From Octopus sinensis (lineage: Eukaryota): a stretch of 64,000 nt of DNA. The notes under the pieces were generated by a model, which was not told the origin of the DNA, did no database searches, and was given only the letters and a program-made list of their open reading frames with translations. Made by a program: the position numbers and the translations under genes. The DNA is taken from assembly GCF_006345805.1 (NCBI RefSeq), contig NC_043026.1:12627579-12691578 (forward strand). Reading direction: 5' to 3'. Of the stretch, positions 1 to 11,345 are shown piece by piece (position 1 is the stretch's first letter; the number at the start of each line of letters is the position of its first letter).

Positions 1-82
1 GGAGTACAACGGACATCAATTAACGAGTTCGTTATAATTGCTTAATCGGTTATTCCCTGATTCCGTGTGAGGAACGGTAAGT
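1..82 (+). promoter_or_regulatory. First exon and splice donor of type-A ZNF gene A1 (exon ends ACG at 74-76, GTAAGT at 77-82)
   Basis: Block is homologous to those at 13835-13990, 14780-14935, 27690-27850 and 33300-33445. Each lies upstream of a type-A ZNF in matching orientation and ends in a canonical donor. Confidence 0.7.
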
Positions 83-483
83 CGGCGAAGATTTACTTGA
101 ATAATATTAAATCTGTAATTACGTTTGTAAATAATAGAATTGTTATTACGTGGAACCCTTTCTACGATCCAGTAATTCTATTCAAGGGAAATCACATAAT
201 TTATGGTGAAACGATATAAAAGCGGGATAAGTTATTTTATGTACCAGGGTATTATCGCTTTTACTGCCCAAAATGCTAAATTCTTGTTAATCGGGCACTA
301 TGAGTCTATGTATAAAATATCTGTCTGTCTGTGAATGGTGAAGTCGTGAGCGGAAACTGTCATGAAGCCGGAAAATTGAACTTTCTCTTTCTTTGTCGTT
401 CATCGAGAGTTAATGTCTGGTTTCCGTAGATTCTGGCCAGATATATGAGGAGCGTAAGCATACACGTTCGGGCTAGAATTTCT

Positions 484-914
484 GGATCTTTTCGGTTTGA
501 ACGGCAGTTTTTTCTAGCGGTATCATACGAAATTGTCACCCATAATTATGACCCTAGTATCGATCTATTGCATTTTAATCTGTTTTAGGGTTAGGGTTAG
601 TTGGGGTGAGGGGAAGGGTATCTTTTTTTCTTCACAAATGTAAATAAACCCAATCTGTTTCTTAAACGAGGGACATATTCATACGGCACAGAATGTTTTT
701 GTTTTTTTTTACCTCAATAGACGTCATTGATTGCTTGAAATTTCAGAAATTGAAGAAAAAAACCCAACAAATATCTTACAAACTATAGAATTTTCTCAAT
801 AAAGCCAAGAGAAAAAGTTGTTTTATAAACACATTCTACCAGTGTACGAAGTTTAAAAGTGTTTAGTTACGTGGAAAGTATTTTAAAAAACTGCCGGTCA
901 AACGGAAAAGATCC
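484..914. mobile_element. ~430-bp MITE with ~30-bp TIRs GGATCTTTTC(C/G)GTTTGA(A/C)CGGCAGTTTTTT and an internal TTAGGG-like tract
   Basis: Inverted termini are visible directly. Related copies at 9007-9418, 14081-14484 and ~25945-26416. Confidence 0.85.
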
Positions 915-987
915 GAATATTGTAATATGTGTAAAACAACTTGCTCTAAACGAATATGACAAAAAAAAAATGCACATAGTGAATTTC

Positions 988-1915
988 CAAAAGCTGATGA
1001 TTGGGCACTAAGTGTGGTGGAACCGATTTTCAAGGGGAAGTTGTGGGGCATATAGGGGGGTGAAGTTATTGGAGCATGCAATGAAGATTGTGGAAAGGGT
1101 GTTGGAGAGGAGAATTTGGAAGGAGGTGGATGTGGACATGATGCAATTTGGTTTTATGCCAGGAAAGAGGACAATAGTTAATTAATTTTTTGGCTCAAAA
1201 AGCAAGGCCATGTAGTTACGTACAGGGTGGTGTTCATGTAAAGAATTCAGGTCACTTGTGGTCAAGGGAGACTTTGAACTGAGGGGTCGTCGGCATCTTC
1301 ACCATCTCGTCCGGCAGCTTATTCCACGGATCCGCAACCCAGACAGAGAAAGCCCCTCTCCTTCGATTGAGATGAAATCGTCACAGATAGAGCTTTTCGG
1401 AGTGACCCGAAAATAGATGCAGTGTTCATTGTAAGAGGAATGCCGATATAAGAAGGTGTTGCATATGTGCATCGTTGATCAGGAGAAGGCATTGATAGGG
1501 TTCCAAGGAAGGTGATTAACTGGGCATTGAGGAAGAGAGGTGTACAAGAGTTAATAGAGAGAGTAGTGATGAGTTTGTACGAAGGGGTAAAGACCAGAGT
1601 TAGAATTGGATCAGGGCTGTCAGAGGCATTTGCAGTGAAAGTTGGTGTGCACCGGGGATCTGAATTGTCACCATTGTTGTTTGAAACTGTGGTTGATGTG
1701 GTGTTGGTGGGTGCAAGAGAGGGATTGATAATGGAGATACTGTGTGTGGATGACCTGGTTCTGATGAGTGAGACAATAAAGGGATTGAGGGAGAAGTTTT
1801 GGAAATAGAAGGAAGCGTTTGAAAGCAAGGGTTTGAAGGTAAACTTTAGGAAGACAAAGGTGATGGGGAGCGGGGTGGAAAGAGAAGTGTTAGTAAGGTG
1901 GATCCATGTGCAGTA
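988..1915 (+). mobile_element. Degenerate RTE-clade LINE reverse transcriptase fragment, interrupted at 1178-1411
   Basis: Peptides LLEHAMKIVERVLE..MQFGFMPG and DRVPRKVINWALRK..GVHRGSELSPLLF..VDDLVL are RT motifs. Stops and frameshifts present. Confidence 0.9.
1178..1411 (-). mobile_element. 5'-truncated CR1-clade LINE 3' end nested in the RTE fragment, TSD AATAG
   Basis: Matches the 4239-4669 element. AATAG at 1173-1177 and 1412-1416. The RT frame (GKRTI/DAVFIVR) rejoins across it. Confidence 0.8.
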
Positions 1916-2052
1916 TGTCTTTAAAATCCCATTGGTATTCCACAACCAACATAGTGGTGATGTTGGCTTTAGTACTGATCTATTGTTTTGAATCTCTCTT
2001 TTTCGAAATGACCTCTTACATCTGACACTGTTGTTTCTCTCTTTTATTTCAG

Positions 2053-2331
2053 AGACTATCACTGGACATTGGCACCAAAGCATTGTTTCCATCAGAGAAC
2101 ATCGTCAATATTCATCACTTTTTGAAAACTGAAAGAAAATGTTATACAGAACAGATTGAAGAACTCCAAAGAATTCCAGTGAAATATTTCTTCTCGGCTG
2201 AGATTGATAGAAACATTTCTCTTGTGAAATTTTTGAAATGTCTACAAGACTATTTTGTACTGAAATTAAACTTGGATAATTTTAAAAGGAATCTCAGAGT
2301 ATTTTCAGACACCAAGAAGGATTACAGTTGA
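2053..2331 (+). other. Type-A leader upstream ORF, 92 codons open from the splice acceptor (RLSLDIGTKALFPSEN...KKDYS*)
   Basis: Acceptor TTTTATTTCAG at 2042-2052. The frame is open from the first exon base. The same 279-bp ORF is at 7470-7748 and 12885-13163. Confidence 0.5.
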
Positions 2332-2480
2332 TGGAAAGAAAGCAGTAGCAATATTTATTAGGAATAATCTGTAGGACAAGAACAAAAACTGTGTCCACAT
2401 GTGTTGTGGTGATTGAAGTAAGATAAGGGACAAACGGATTATATAGGATTAGTTGAAGAGGACATTTTTATTCTGAAGAG

Positions 2481-3512
2481 ATGTCACAAGAGAAACCACA
2501 ATCAGCTTTTCAGTGTGATATCTGTGAAAAGATTTTCACTCAGAAATGTAATTTGACCACTCACAGGCGTATTCATACAGGAGAGAAGCCATTTCAGTGT
2601 GATATCTGTGGTAAATCATTCCCTCGAAATAGCCATTTAGCTGTTCACAGACATATTCATACAGGGGAGAAGCCATATCACTGTGATGTTTGTGGCAAAA
2701 CATTCTCTCAGGTAACTGCCTTAACTGTACACAAACGTATTCATACAGGGGAGAAGCCATATCATTGTGATATCTGTGGTAAATCATTCTCTTATAGTAG
2801 TGATTTAACTGTACACAAACGAATTCATACAGGAGAGAAGCCATATCATTGTGAGGTCTGTGGTAAATCATTCTCTGGAAGTAGTTATCTAACAGTACAT
2901 AAACGTATTCATGCAAGAGAAAAGCCATTTCACTGCGATATTTGTGGTAAATCATTCTCTTTTAATAATGGCTTCATTAATCATAGTCGTATTCATTCAG
3001 GAGAAAAACCCTTTCGCTGTGATATCTGTGGCAGATCGTTCTCCCTGAGTAGCAGCTTAACTACTCACAAACGTATTCACACAGGAGAGAGGCCATTTCA
3101 CTGTGAAATCTGTGGTAAATCATTCTCTGCAAACAGTACCTTCATTACACACAAGCGTATTCATACAGGAGAGAAACCCTATCAGTGTGATGTCTGTGAT
3201 AAATCATTCCCTTACAATACTAGCTTAATTGATCACAAACGAACTCATACAGGGGAAAAACCATTTCACTGTGATATCTGTGGTAAATCATTCTCCTACA
3301 GACATGTCTTGATTAATCATAAACGTACTCATACAGGAGAGAAGCCATTTCGATGTGATATCTGTGGTAGCTCATTCTCTCAAAGTTTCCAAATAATTCA
3401 TCATAAACGTATTCACACAGGAGAGAAGCCATTTCACTGTGATTTCTGTGGTAAATCATTCTCTCAAAACTCAAACTTAACTAAACATATGGCTATCCAT
3501 ACAAAAGTGTGA
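2481..3512 (+). CDS. C2H2 zinc-finger protein A1, 343 aa, 12 tandem fingers, 9-aa N-terminus, no effector domain
   Basis: 12 Cx2Cx12Hx3H repeats with TGEKP-type linkers and an ATG start. Confidence 0.95.
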   Translation: MSQEKPQSAFQCDICEKIFTQKCNLTTHRRIHTGEKPFQCDICGKSFPRNSHLAVHRHIHTGEKPYHCDVCGKTFSQVTALTVHKRIHTGEKPYHCDICGKSFSYSSDLTVHKRIHTGEKPYHCEVCGKSFSGSSYLTVHKRIHAREKPFHCDICGKSFSFNNGFINHSRIHSGEKPFRCDICGRSFSLSSSLTTHKRIHTGERPFHCEICGKSFSANSTFITHKRIHTGEKPYQCDVCDKSFPYNTSLIDHKRTHTGEKPFHCDICGKSFSYRHVLINHKRTHTGEKPFRCDICGSSFSQSFQIIHHKRIHTGEKPFHCDFCGKSFSQNSNLTKHMAIHTKV

Positions 3513-3784
3513 CTATGTTAGCATGAAAATTCATTGCAACACTTTAACATCTTTTCTCAAATAAATCACAATTTAGTCCTGTGGTCTTAACAGTAATTTG
3601 TAAAGCCTTCACTCTGATCATACTTATCATGGTTCTTTTTCCGACCACATTCTCTATTTCTAGCCCTTTTGAAAGCCTTTACAACATACAGAGTTGTGAT
3701 GTTCTGTTTATATCCAGTTTTATTCCAGTTTATACTGTCAAAATTGGTTCTAGAAGTCTTTGCTTTATATAACCATAAATAGAA

Positions 3785-4175
3785 ATCATCATCATCATCA
3801 TTATTTAACGTCCGCTTTCTTTTGCTGGCATGGGTTGGACGATTTGACTGAGGACTGCCTGCACCAGGATCCAATCTGATCTGGCAGGGTTTCTACGGCT
3901 GGATGCCCTTCCTAATGCCAACCACTCCAAAAGTGTAGTGGGTGCTTTTACGTGCCACCAACACGAGGACCAGTTTGGTGGTACTGGCAACGGCCACGCC
4001 CAAATGGCGCTTTTTACGTGCCACCTACACAGGAGCCAGTCCAGCGGCACTGGCGACGACCTCGCACGAATGTCTCACATGCCACCAGCACAAGTGCTAG
4101 TAAGGCGACGTGGAATGGTGTGTTTAACGTGCCATCGGCACAAAGGCCAGCTTTATAACCGTAAATGTATTCGCA
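3785..4175 (-). mobile_element. RTE LINE 3' UTR and tail fragment, (GAT)n tail with several GTGCC-GGCAC units
   Basis: Homologous to 60900-61772. Confidence 0.8.
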
Positions 4176-4238
4176 CGTGACTGAAAATGTAGCAGCACTC
4201 AGCATTAGACTGAGTATCTTCCCTTTGTCCTCCTCAGT

Positions 4239-4669
4239 AGTTAGTTAGTTAGTTAATTTGGCTCAAAAGCAAATAGCAAGGCCATGTAGGGGGACATGGA
4301 GTTATGTACAGGGTGTTCATGTAAAAAGAGTTCAGGCCACTTGAGGTCAAGGGAGGCTTTCAACCGAGCGGTTGTCGGTATCTTCACTATCTCGTCTGGC
4401 AGCTTATTCCACGGATCCGCAACCCGGACGGAGAAAGCCCCTCTCCTTCGATTGAGATGAAATCGTCGCAGATAGAGCTTTTCGGAATGACCCCGCAGCC
4501 GACGCTCTGGAGCAGGAGTGAAGAACAGCTCTTTCGAGAGGTTACACTTTCCGCTTATGATGCTGTGGGCGAGAATGAGATCACCACGGCGGCGGCGTTT
4601 ATCAAGAGAACAAAGGTCGAGCGTCCTCAGCCTTTCTTCATAGGACAAATTTTTGAGACCAAGAACCAT
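4239..4669 (-). mobile_element. CR1-clade LINE ORF2 C-terminus with (AACT)n tail
   Basis: LSYEERLRTLDLCSLDKRRRRGDLI...RGHSEKL...FSVRVADPWNKLP is the typical CR1 ORF2 C-terminal signature, followed by a tandem tail. Confidence 0.9.
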
Positions 4670-4674
4670 GCAGG

Positions 4675-5225
4675 TAGCCAGCTTCTGGACTCTTTCGAGA
4701 TGCTTAACTCCAGTTAAGGAGGATCTTGGTTTCTCTCCAGTTGAACTGCTTTATGGTGCTCCTTTGTCTTTGCCAGGAGAGATGCTTGTCCCTGTCGATT
4801 TGGATTCACAGGACCCTAATCTTTGTCAATCTTTTGCGTTCCTGCTTTCAAGTATTACCTCTCGTGAACACTCAACATCAAGCAATCAAATCCTCCGTCC
4901 CGAAGAATAGTACATTGTGGACTCATGTTTTTAAACGCAATGACTCTATGAGAAGTCCTCTCACTCCCCCTATTCAGAACCTTATCGTGTCCTCTCTTAT
5001 AATGATAGATATTTCACCATTGACATTAAGGGTTCCGGATAGACAGTCTCAGTTGACTGACTTGAGTGGGCATTCAGACACTGATACGCCTGAACCTCAC
5101 ATTACCCATTCCTACGCAGCACAACGCAACACAAATGCACCATTGCACTCACTGCAAGTTCAATCACACGACAATCCACAGTGGTTGCCGTGTCCATTGC
5201 CCCAGAAAGCTGTGCAAAACTAAGA
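4675..5225 (+). mobile_element. Degenerate Gypsy LTR-retrotransposon integrase C-terminal fragment
   Basis: KEDLGFSPVELLYGAPLSLPGE and HVFKRNDSMRSPLTPP resemble the Ty3/Gypsy integrase end. Frameshifted. Confidence 0.7.
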
Positions 5226-5232
5226 TACGAGG

Positions 5233-5291
5233 ACATAAACACACCAACATCGGTTGTCAAGCAATGCTAGGGGGACAAACACAGACACACA

Positions 5292-5328
<37 letters not shown>

Positions 5329-5481
5329 GACAGGCTTCTTTCAGCGTCCGTCTACCAAATCCACTCACAAGGCTTAGGTCGGCCCGAGGCCATAGTAGAA
5401 GACACCCAAGGTGCCACACAGTGAAACTGAACCCGGAACCATGTGGTTCATAAGCAAGCTACTTACCACACAGCCACTCCT
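5233..5481 (-). mobile_element. SINE family a, partial copy
   Basis: Head GGAGTGGCTGTGTGGTAAG..GGTTCAGT and internal (TA)n, as in the other copies. Confidence 0.85.
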
Positions 5482-5739
5482 ACTGAAAGCTACAAAATAT
5501 GACTGTCGCAGAACGTTGATCAATTTATGACAACCACTTGGAATTTTGTTAAATTTTCATTAATTTATTTGCAAAAAAAACAGGTATAACACCCTGGCAA
5601 CGCCAGGATGCATTCCTATTAAAATATATAAATATTTGACGTTTTTTGTTTGTTTTCTTATATTATTTTCTTAAGTAGCAGAGAAAAGAGGTAAGAGGGG
5701 GGATGTATACTTTTATAATATATTACACTTATACATATA

Positions 5740-6130
5740 TATTGGGTCATCCCATTAATAATGCAGTTTTTTTATACTTCTTTATTTTCAAAATTAAGAT
5801 AAACAAAGTTCTTTCTTAATTGAAAATATATTCTCTTTCACTTTCTACAATGCTCTTCCATCTATCTGATAGAATTGCTGGGCCCCGTCTTCCAAAATTC
5901 ACTTGTCCCTGACGAAAAAATACTCCTCCATTAACGTTCTGACATTGTTTACAGAATTCATGTCTTCTCTGTGAAATAAACCATAATTAGCAATGTCTGG
6001 TGAATATGGTAGTTGGGGCATCGTTTCTTATTAAAACTGCTCCAGCCATTGCAATATATCATACGCACTCTGTGTGGCCAAGCATCATCCTGATGGAAGA
6101 AAACCTTTCGTCTTGAAACCAAAGATGGTC
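5740..6130 (-). mobile_element. Degenerate mariner transposase C-terminal fragment with TIR
   Basis: Minus-strand HQDDAWPH and PYSPDIA motifs (mariner HDNARPH and YSPDL). Terminus TATTGGGTCATCCCA at 5740. Confidence 0.7.
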
Positions 6131-6528
6131 ATTTATCTTCCAATACTGGCAGCGAATACTGAAGGTGTTTGTTTGTTCGTTTGTTGAGTGAAGTGGTCTT
6201 CGTCCCAGTGTAGTGGGAGAAGTCCAAACATGGTCCTTTGCTATTCATAAGACCCGCAGAAGAGAAAGCAGGTCAACCCCTAACACCGAGACCATCAGCG
6301 GATGGATGAAAGCGCATCCAGGCTAAGCGGTTGTGTAGGAAGTCGGGTTACAGAAGCTGCTCACAGTAGATCTCCTTTGTTATCATTTGGTTTGGGTTTC
6401 AAACTTCAAAGTGGACTAAACCTTTCATATCCCAGCAAACAGATAACAACATGATATGGCTACTCTCCAGTACAAGAATGTTTGTGTGCAGTTACTTGTC
6501 TTCTTCGAGGGAATATTAACCACAGATG

Positions 6529-7320
6529 TTAGTTAAATGGCTTCTCTCCTCTATGAATACGTTTGTGTCTAGTTAAGTTAGAGCTTGCAGAGAATGTTTT
6601 GCCACAGATATCACAGTGATATGGCTTCTCCCCTGTGTGAATACGTTTGTGTACAGTTAAGCTGGATATCTGTGAGAACGATTTGTCACAGATATCACAC
6701 TGAAATGGTGTCTCGCCTGTGTGAATACGTTCATGAACAGTTAAGTCAGTTCCCCGAGAGAATGATTTGTCACAAATATCACAGTGAAATGGCTTCTCCC
6801 CTGTATGAATACGCTTGTGTTCAGTTAAGCCGGATAATTGAGAGAATGATTTGCCACAGATATCACAGTGAAATGGCTTCTCCCTTGTATGAATACGTCT
6901 GTGTACAGTTAAGGCAGTTATCTGAGAGAATGAATTACCACAAATATCACATTGAAATGGCTTCTCCCCTGTATGACTACGTTTGTGTGCAGTTAAGACA
7001 TTCCCATGAGAGAAGGATTTACCACAAATATTACAGTGAAATGGCTTCTCTCCTGTGTGATTACGTTTGTGAACTGTTAAGCTATACACTCGTGAGAATG
7101 ATTCGCCACAGACATCACAGTGATATGGCTTCTCTCCTGTGTGAATACGTTTGTGTGCAGTGAAGCCAGATAATTGAGTGAATGATTTGCCACAAATATC
7201 ACAATGATATGGCTTCTCGCCTGTATGAATACGCCTGTGAGTATTTAGATTACATTTCTGAGTGAAAGTCTTTTTACAGATATCACATTGAAAAGCTGAT
7301 TGTGGTTTCTCTTGTGACAT
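6529..7320 (-). CDS. C2H2 zinc-finger protein A2, 263 aa, 9 fingers, stop falls in a decayed 10th finger
   Basis: 9 intact fingers. Finger-like degenerate sequence continues past the stop to about 6430. Confidence 0.9.
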   Translation of the reverse strand: MSQEKPQSAFQCDICKKTFTQKCNLNTHRRIHTGEKPYHCDICGKSFTQLSGFTAHKRIHTGEKPYHCDVCGESFSRVYSLTVHKRNHTGEKPFHCNICGKSFSHGNVLTAHKRSHTGEKPFQCDICGNSFSQITALTVHRRIHTREKPFHCDICGKSFSQLSGLTEHKRIHTGEKPFHCDICDKSFSRGTDLTVHERIHTGETPFQCDICDKSFSQISSLTVHKRIHTGEKPYHCDICGKTFSASSNLTRHKRIHRGEKPFN

Positions 7321-7469
7321 CTCTTCAGAATAAAAATGTCCTCTTCAACTAATCCTATATAATCCGTTTGTCCCTTATCTTACTTCAATCACCACAACAC
7401 ATGTGGATACAGTTTTTGTTCTTGTCTTACAGATTATTCCTAATAAATATTGCTACTGCTTTCTTTCCA

Positions 7470-7748
7470 TCAACTGTAATCCTTCTTGATGTCTGAAAAT
7501 ACTCTGAGATTCCTTTTAAAATTATCCAAGTTTAATTTCAGTACAAAATAATCTTGTAGACATTCCAAATATTTCACAAGAGAAATGTTTCTATCAATCT
7601 CAGCCGAGAAGAAATATTTCAATGGAATTCTTTGGAGTTCTTCAATCTGTTCTGTACAACATTTTCTTTTAGTTTTCAAAAAGTGATGAATATTGACGAT
7701 GTTCTCTGATGGAAACAATGCTTTGGTGCCAATGTCATGTGATAGTCT
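7470..7748 (-). other. Type-A leader uORF of A2 (92 codons from the acceptor)
   Basis: Same length and frame as 2053-2331. Confidence 0.5.
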
Positions 7749-7916
7749 CTGAAATAAAAGAGAGAAACAACAGTGTCAGATGTAAGAGGTCATTTCGAAA
7801 AAGAGAGATTCAAAACAATAGATCAGTACTAAAGCCAACATCACCACTATGTTGGTTTTAGAATACCAATGGGATTTTAAAGACTGTGCCTCTCAAAACA
7901 TGTATATGTACATATA

Positions 7917-8061
7917 TATAAGGTTGTCCCAAAAGTTCGTAGAAAGTCTTGGAAAATAATGGTCTTTATATTGAGGAATAATTTTTGCTGTTTTTGTTAG
8001 TACTTGGCGAGTTAAAATTCAATTTTTGCAAGTGTTTACGAACTTTTGGGACAACCTAATA
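7917..8061. mobile_element. Mariner-derived MITE of ~145 bp
   Basis: TIRs AGGTTGTCCCAAAAGTTCGTA / TACGAACTTTTGGGACAACCT in TA context. The interior retains the transposase end VLENNGLYIEE*. Confidence 0.85.
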
Positions 8062-9006
8062 TGAGTGGGTGTGGGTGTAAATATATATATATATGTATAT
8101 ACTGGTGGGCCTCCCAGGTCAAACATATTCATAAGGCACATATTGACATATATCGTAATGTCCATTTTCCTTATAATAAAAGTTGCTAAAAGGTATTTCA
8201 ATATTGCATAAAATAATTAACATTTATTTACAATATTTCACCAAATTTCGCTTCTTCTTCTTCTTCTTCTCTTCTTCCTCCTTCACCATCATCATCATCA
8301 TCATTGCTTAACACCTGCTTTGCATGCTGTCAGGTAGCACTGGCATCGACAATACTCGAATGGTGCTTTTTACATGTCCCAATCGTGGCCGTTTGCCAGA
8401 TTCGTCTGGCACCTGTGCCAGTGGCACGTAAAAAGCACCCACTACACTCTCAGAGTGGTTGGCGTTAGGAAGGGCATCCAGCTGTAGAAACACTGCCAGA
8501 TCAGACTGGGCCTGGTGCAGCCTTCTTGGCTTCCCAGACCCCAGTGGAACTGTCCAACCCATGCTAGCATGGAAAGCGGATGCTAAACGATGATGATGAT
8601 CTGCTTGGGAGCCGGTCAGGCAGCACTGGCATTGACTACACTTGTGTGGTATATTTTACGTGCCACCAGCATTGGCACTGGCACCAACCACGCTTGAATG
8701 GAGCTTTTTATGTTCCACGGTTGCCAGTCAAGTGGTACTGGCATCGGTCACAAGAATATTTCAGCACAGAATATTCCCTGACAACTGAAGAGTACTCTTA
8801 AATAGGCCAGTTATGTAACACTGGCATAGGCCAATTGACTTGCCAGGTATTCTTAAGCACAACATGTCTCCAAAGGTCTTGGTCACTTGTCATTGCCTCT
8901 GTGAGCTCCAACTTTCAAAGTTCATGCTTCAACACCTCATCCCAGGTCTACCTCTTTCACAGGTTGCCTCCACTGTTAGGGTTTCACACTTCTTCACACA
9001 GCTGTC

Positions 9007-9490
9007 GGTTTGAACAGCAGTTTTTTCTAGCGGTGTCATATGAAATTGTCACCCATAATTATGACCCTAGTATCGATCTATTGCATTTCAATCTGTTTTA
9101 GGGTTAGGGTTAGTTGGGGTGAGGGGAAGGGTATCTTTTTTTGTTCACAGATGTAAATAAACCCAATCTGTTTCTGAAACGAGGGACATATTCATACGGC
9201 ATAGAATGTTTTCACCTCAATAGACGTCAGTGATTGGTTGAAATTTCAGAAATTGAAGAAAAAAGCAACAACAAATATCTTACAAACTATAGAATTTTCT
9301 CAATAAAGCCAAGAGAAAAAGATGTTTTATAAACACATTCTACCAGTATACGAAGTTTTAAAATTTTTTAGTTACCTAGAAATTATGTTAAAAACTGCCG
9401 TTCAAGCCGAAAAGATCCAAATATTGTAATATGTGTAAAACAACTTGCTCTAAACGAATATGACAAAAAAAAAATGCACATAGTGAATTT
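9007..9490. mobile_element. Left-truncated GGATC-TIR MITE plus a 73-bp extension nearly identical to 915-987
   Basis: Direct sequence comparison. Confidence 0.8.
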
Positions 9491-9896
9491 CATCCATGTG
9501 TAACACATGACCATACCAGCACAGCCGTCTCTCTTGCATACCACATCTGATGTTTCTTATGTCCAACTTTTCTCTCAGGGTACTTACACTCTGTTGTATA
9601 TGCACAATGACATTACACATCCAACGGTGCATACTAGCTTCATTTCTTTCAATCCTACACATCTCACTGCCGTGTAGCATGGCTGTTTGCACACATGCGT
9701 CATACACTTTACCTTTCACTCTGAGCGACAGGCCTTTGTTACTAGCCTATGTAGGAACTCTCTGAACTTTGCCCAGGCTATTCTTATTCCAGTAGCTATA
9801 CTCTCAGAGCATCCACCCACACTACTGACTTTCTCAGTCCACCTGTGCATACCTTCCTTCTTGGGACACATAACTCTACTTGTGAAGACCTGTTGA

Positions 9897-10340
9897 GGCA
9901 AGTGAAAATCAAAGAATCAAATCAAAATCGAAATCGATCAACATCAATGGAATTTGTAGTTTGTGGCACATAAGAGAACCATCCGAACCTGGCCGTAGCC
10001 AGCACCGCATCGACTGGCCTCCGTGCTGGTGGCACGTAACAAACACCATCCGATTGTGGCCGTGCCAGCCTCGCCTGGCTCCCGTGCCGGTGGCACGTAA
10101 AATGCACCATCTGATTGTGGCCGTTCGCCAGCCTCGTCTGGCACCTGTGTCGGTGGCACATAAAAAGCACCCACCACACTCACGGAGTGGTTGGTGTGAG
10201 GAAGTGCATCCAGCTGTAGAAACACCGCCAGATCTGACTGGAGCCTGGTGCAGTCTTCGGGCTTCCCAGACCCCAGTTGAACTGTCCAACCCATGCTAGC
10301 ATGGAAAGTGGACATCAAACGATGATGATGATGATGACGA
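9897..10340 (+). mobile_element. RTE 3' UTR and tail copy with about four hairpin units and (GAT)n
   Basis: Homologous to 60900-61772. Confidence 0.8.
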
Positions 10341-11112
10341 TGTAACAGAAGCGATCAACTACTTCTAGTTTTCCCTCCTGAAATGTGATGGAATCTGTTT
10401 TCTGCACATTTTCAGTGTCTATTGCACCTATGCATCTGCCACACACAAAAGCTATCTTCCCATCGGGCATTTGATGCAGCATTAGGAATTGCGGTTGTGC
10501 TGTGTCGACCTTTTGCCTCACAGACATTTGGTTTCTGCCTTTGGGACTATTGTCATCAGTTTATCTGGACAGATATTATTTTAGGGAACTATCAGCAGAT
10601 AGGGCCATAAAATACTCTGCTATCGGCTGTCCAGGGAATTTGGTGCCTGGAAAGACAATAAGAAACATATGGAAAGAAGAATTTCTTCACAGCCTGAGTG
10701 AGTGTTTATTTTTATAACTTGCAGTTTGAGCTGTGCTTATCTCTAACTGTTTGTTTTTGTGGTGGTAGTCATAACAGTTGTAGTGGAGGTGTTTCTTTGG
10801 TTGTAGAGTTAGTGGTAATGGCATTGGCATTAGTTGTGGTGCTGGTCTTCACAACAAATTCCAATATTGTTGGGTTCTACACCATGAGAAACACATTATT
10901 AGAACATTTTACGCCAAAATATCAGTTTTCCCTAAAGTTATAAACAAAGAAATCAGGTGGGGCCCTCTTGTGTAGGTATGTCCTATCTGTGAAAAGCATT
11001 ACACTGAATGAAACAACACGTGGATACGCTTATGCTAGAAATAAGTGCCAATGCACCACTAACTGCCCACCACTTACGATTTTGCGAAATAAGTGCATAA
11101 TTATCTACAGAA

Positions 11113-11312
11113 TCTTTTACTTGTTTCAGTCATTTGACTGCGGCCATGCTGGAGCACCGCCTTTAGGCGAGCAAATCGACCCCGGGACTTATTCTTTGTA
11201 AGCCCAGTACTTGTTCTATCGGTCTCTTATGCCGAACCGCTAAGTGACGAGGACGTAAACACACCAGCATCGGATGTCAAGCAATGCTAGGGGGACAAAC
11301 ACAGGCACACAA

Positions 11313-11345
<33 letters not shown>

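Larger units (their letters stand above)
8289..10520 (-). mobile_element. Degenerate RTE LINE (RT C-terminus plus 3' UTR) carrying nested insertions at about 8395-8599, 9007-9490 and 9897-10340
   Basis: Pieces KIAFVCGRC..EVVDRFCY, RIAWAKFREFL, DACVQTAMLHGSE, LHMDE/CVKKC are colinear with the RTE at 59064-60795. Confidence 0.8.

Noticed and set aside
586-600. Interstitial telomere or chromosome-fusion signature
   Set aside because: Only ~2.5 TTAGGG units, and they lie inside a multi-copy MITE.
1319-2092. 257-aa minus-strand ORF
   Set aside because: It is antisense to an RTE fragment and the ZNF leader, spans element boundaries and has no protein signature.
2221-2260. Apparent protein similarity VK..LQ.YF between the type-A uORF and the type-C leader
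   Set aside because: At nucleotide level the type-C segment aligns better with the earlier GTGAAATATTTCTT site, so the peptide match is probably coincidental.
2536-2955. Antisense ORFs over finger arrays ([22 protein letters not shown] type; also 6585, 12392, 24567, 36123, 55983 and others)
   Set aside because: These are the expected by-product of the reverse frame of TGEKP/C2H2 repeats. No independent evidence of coding.
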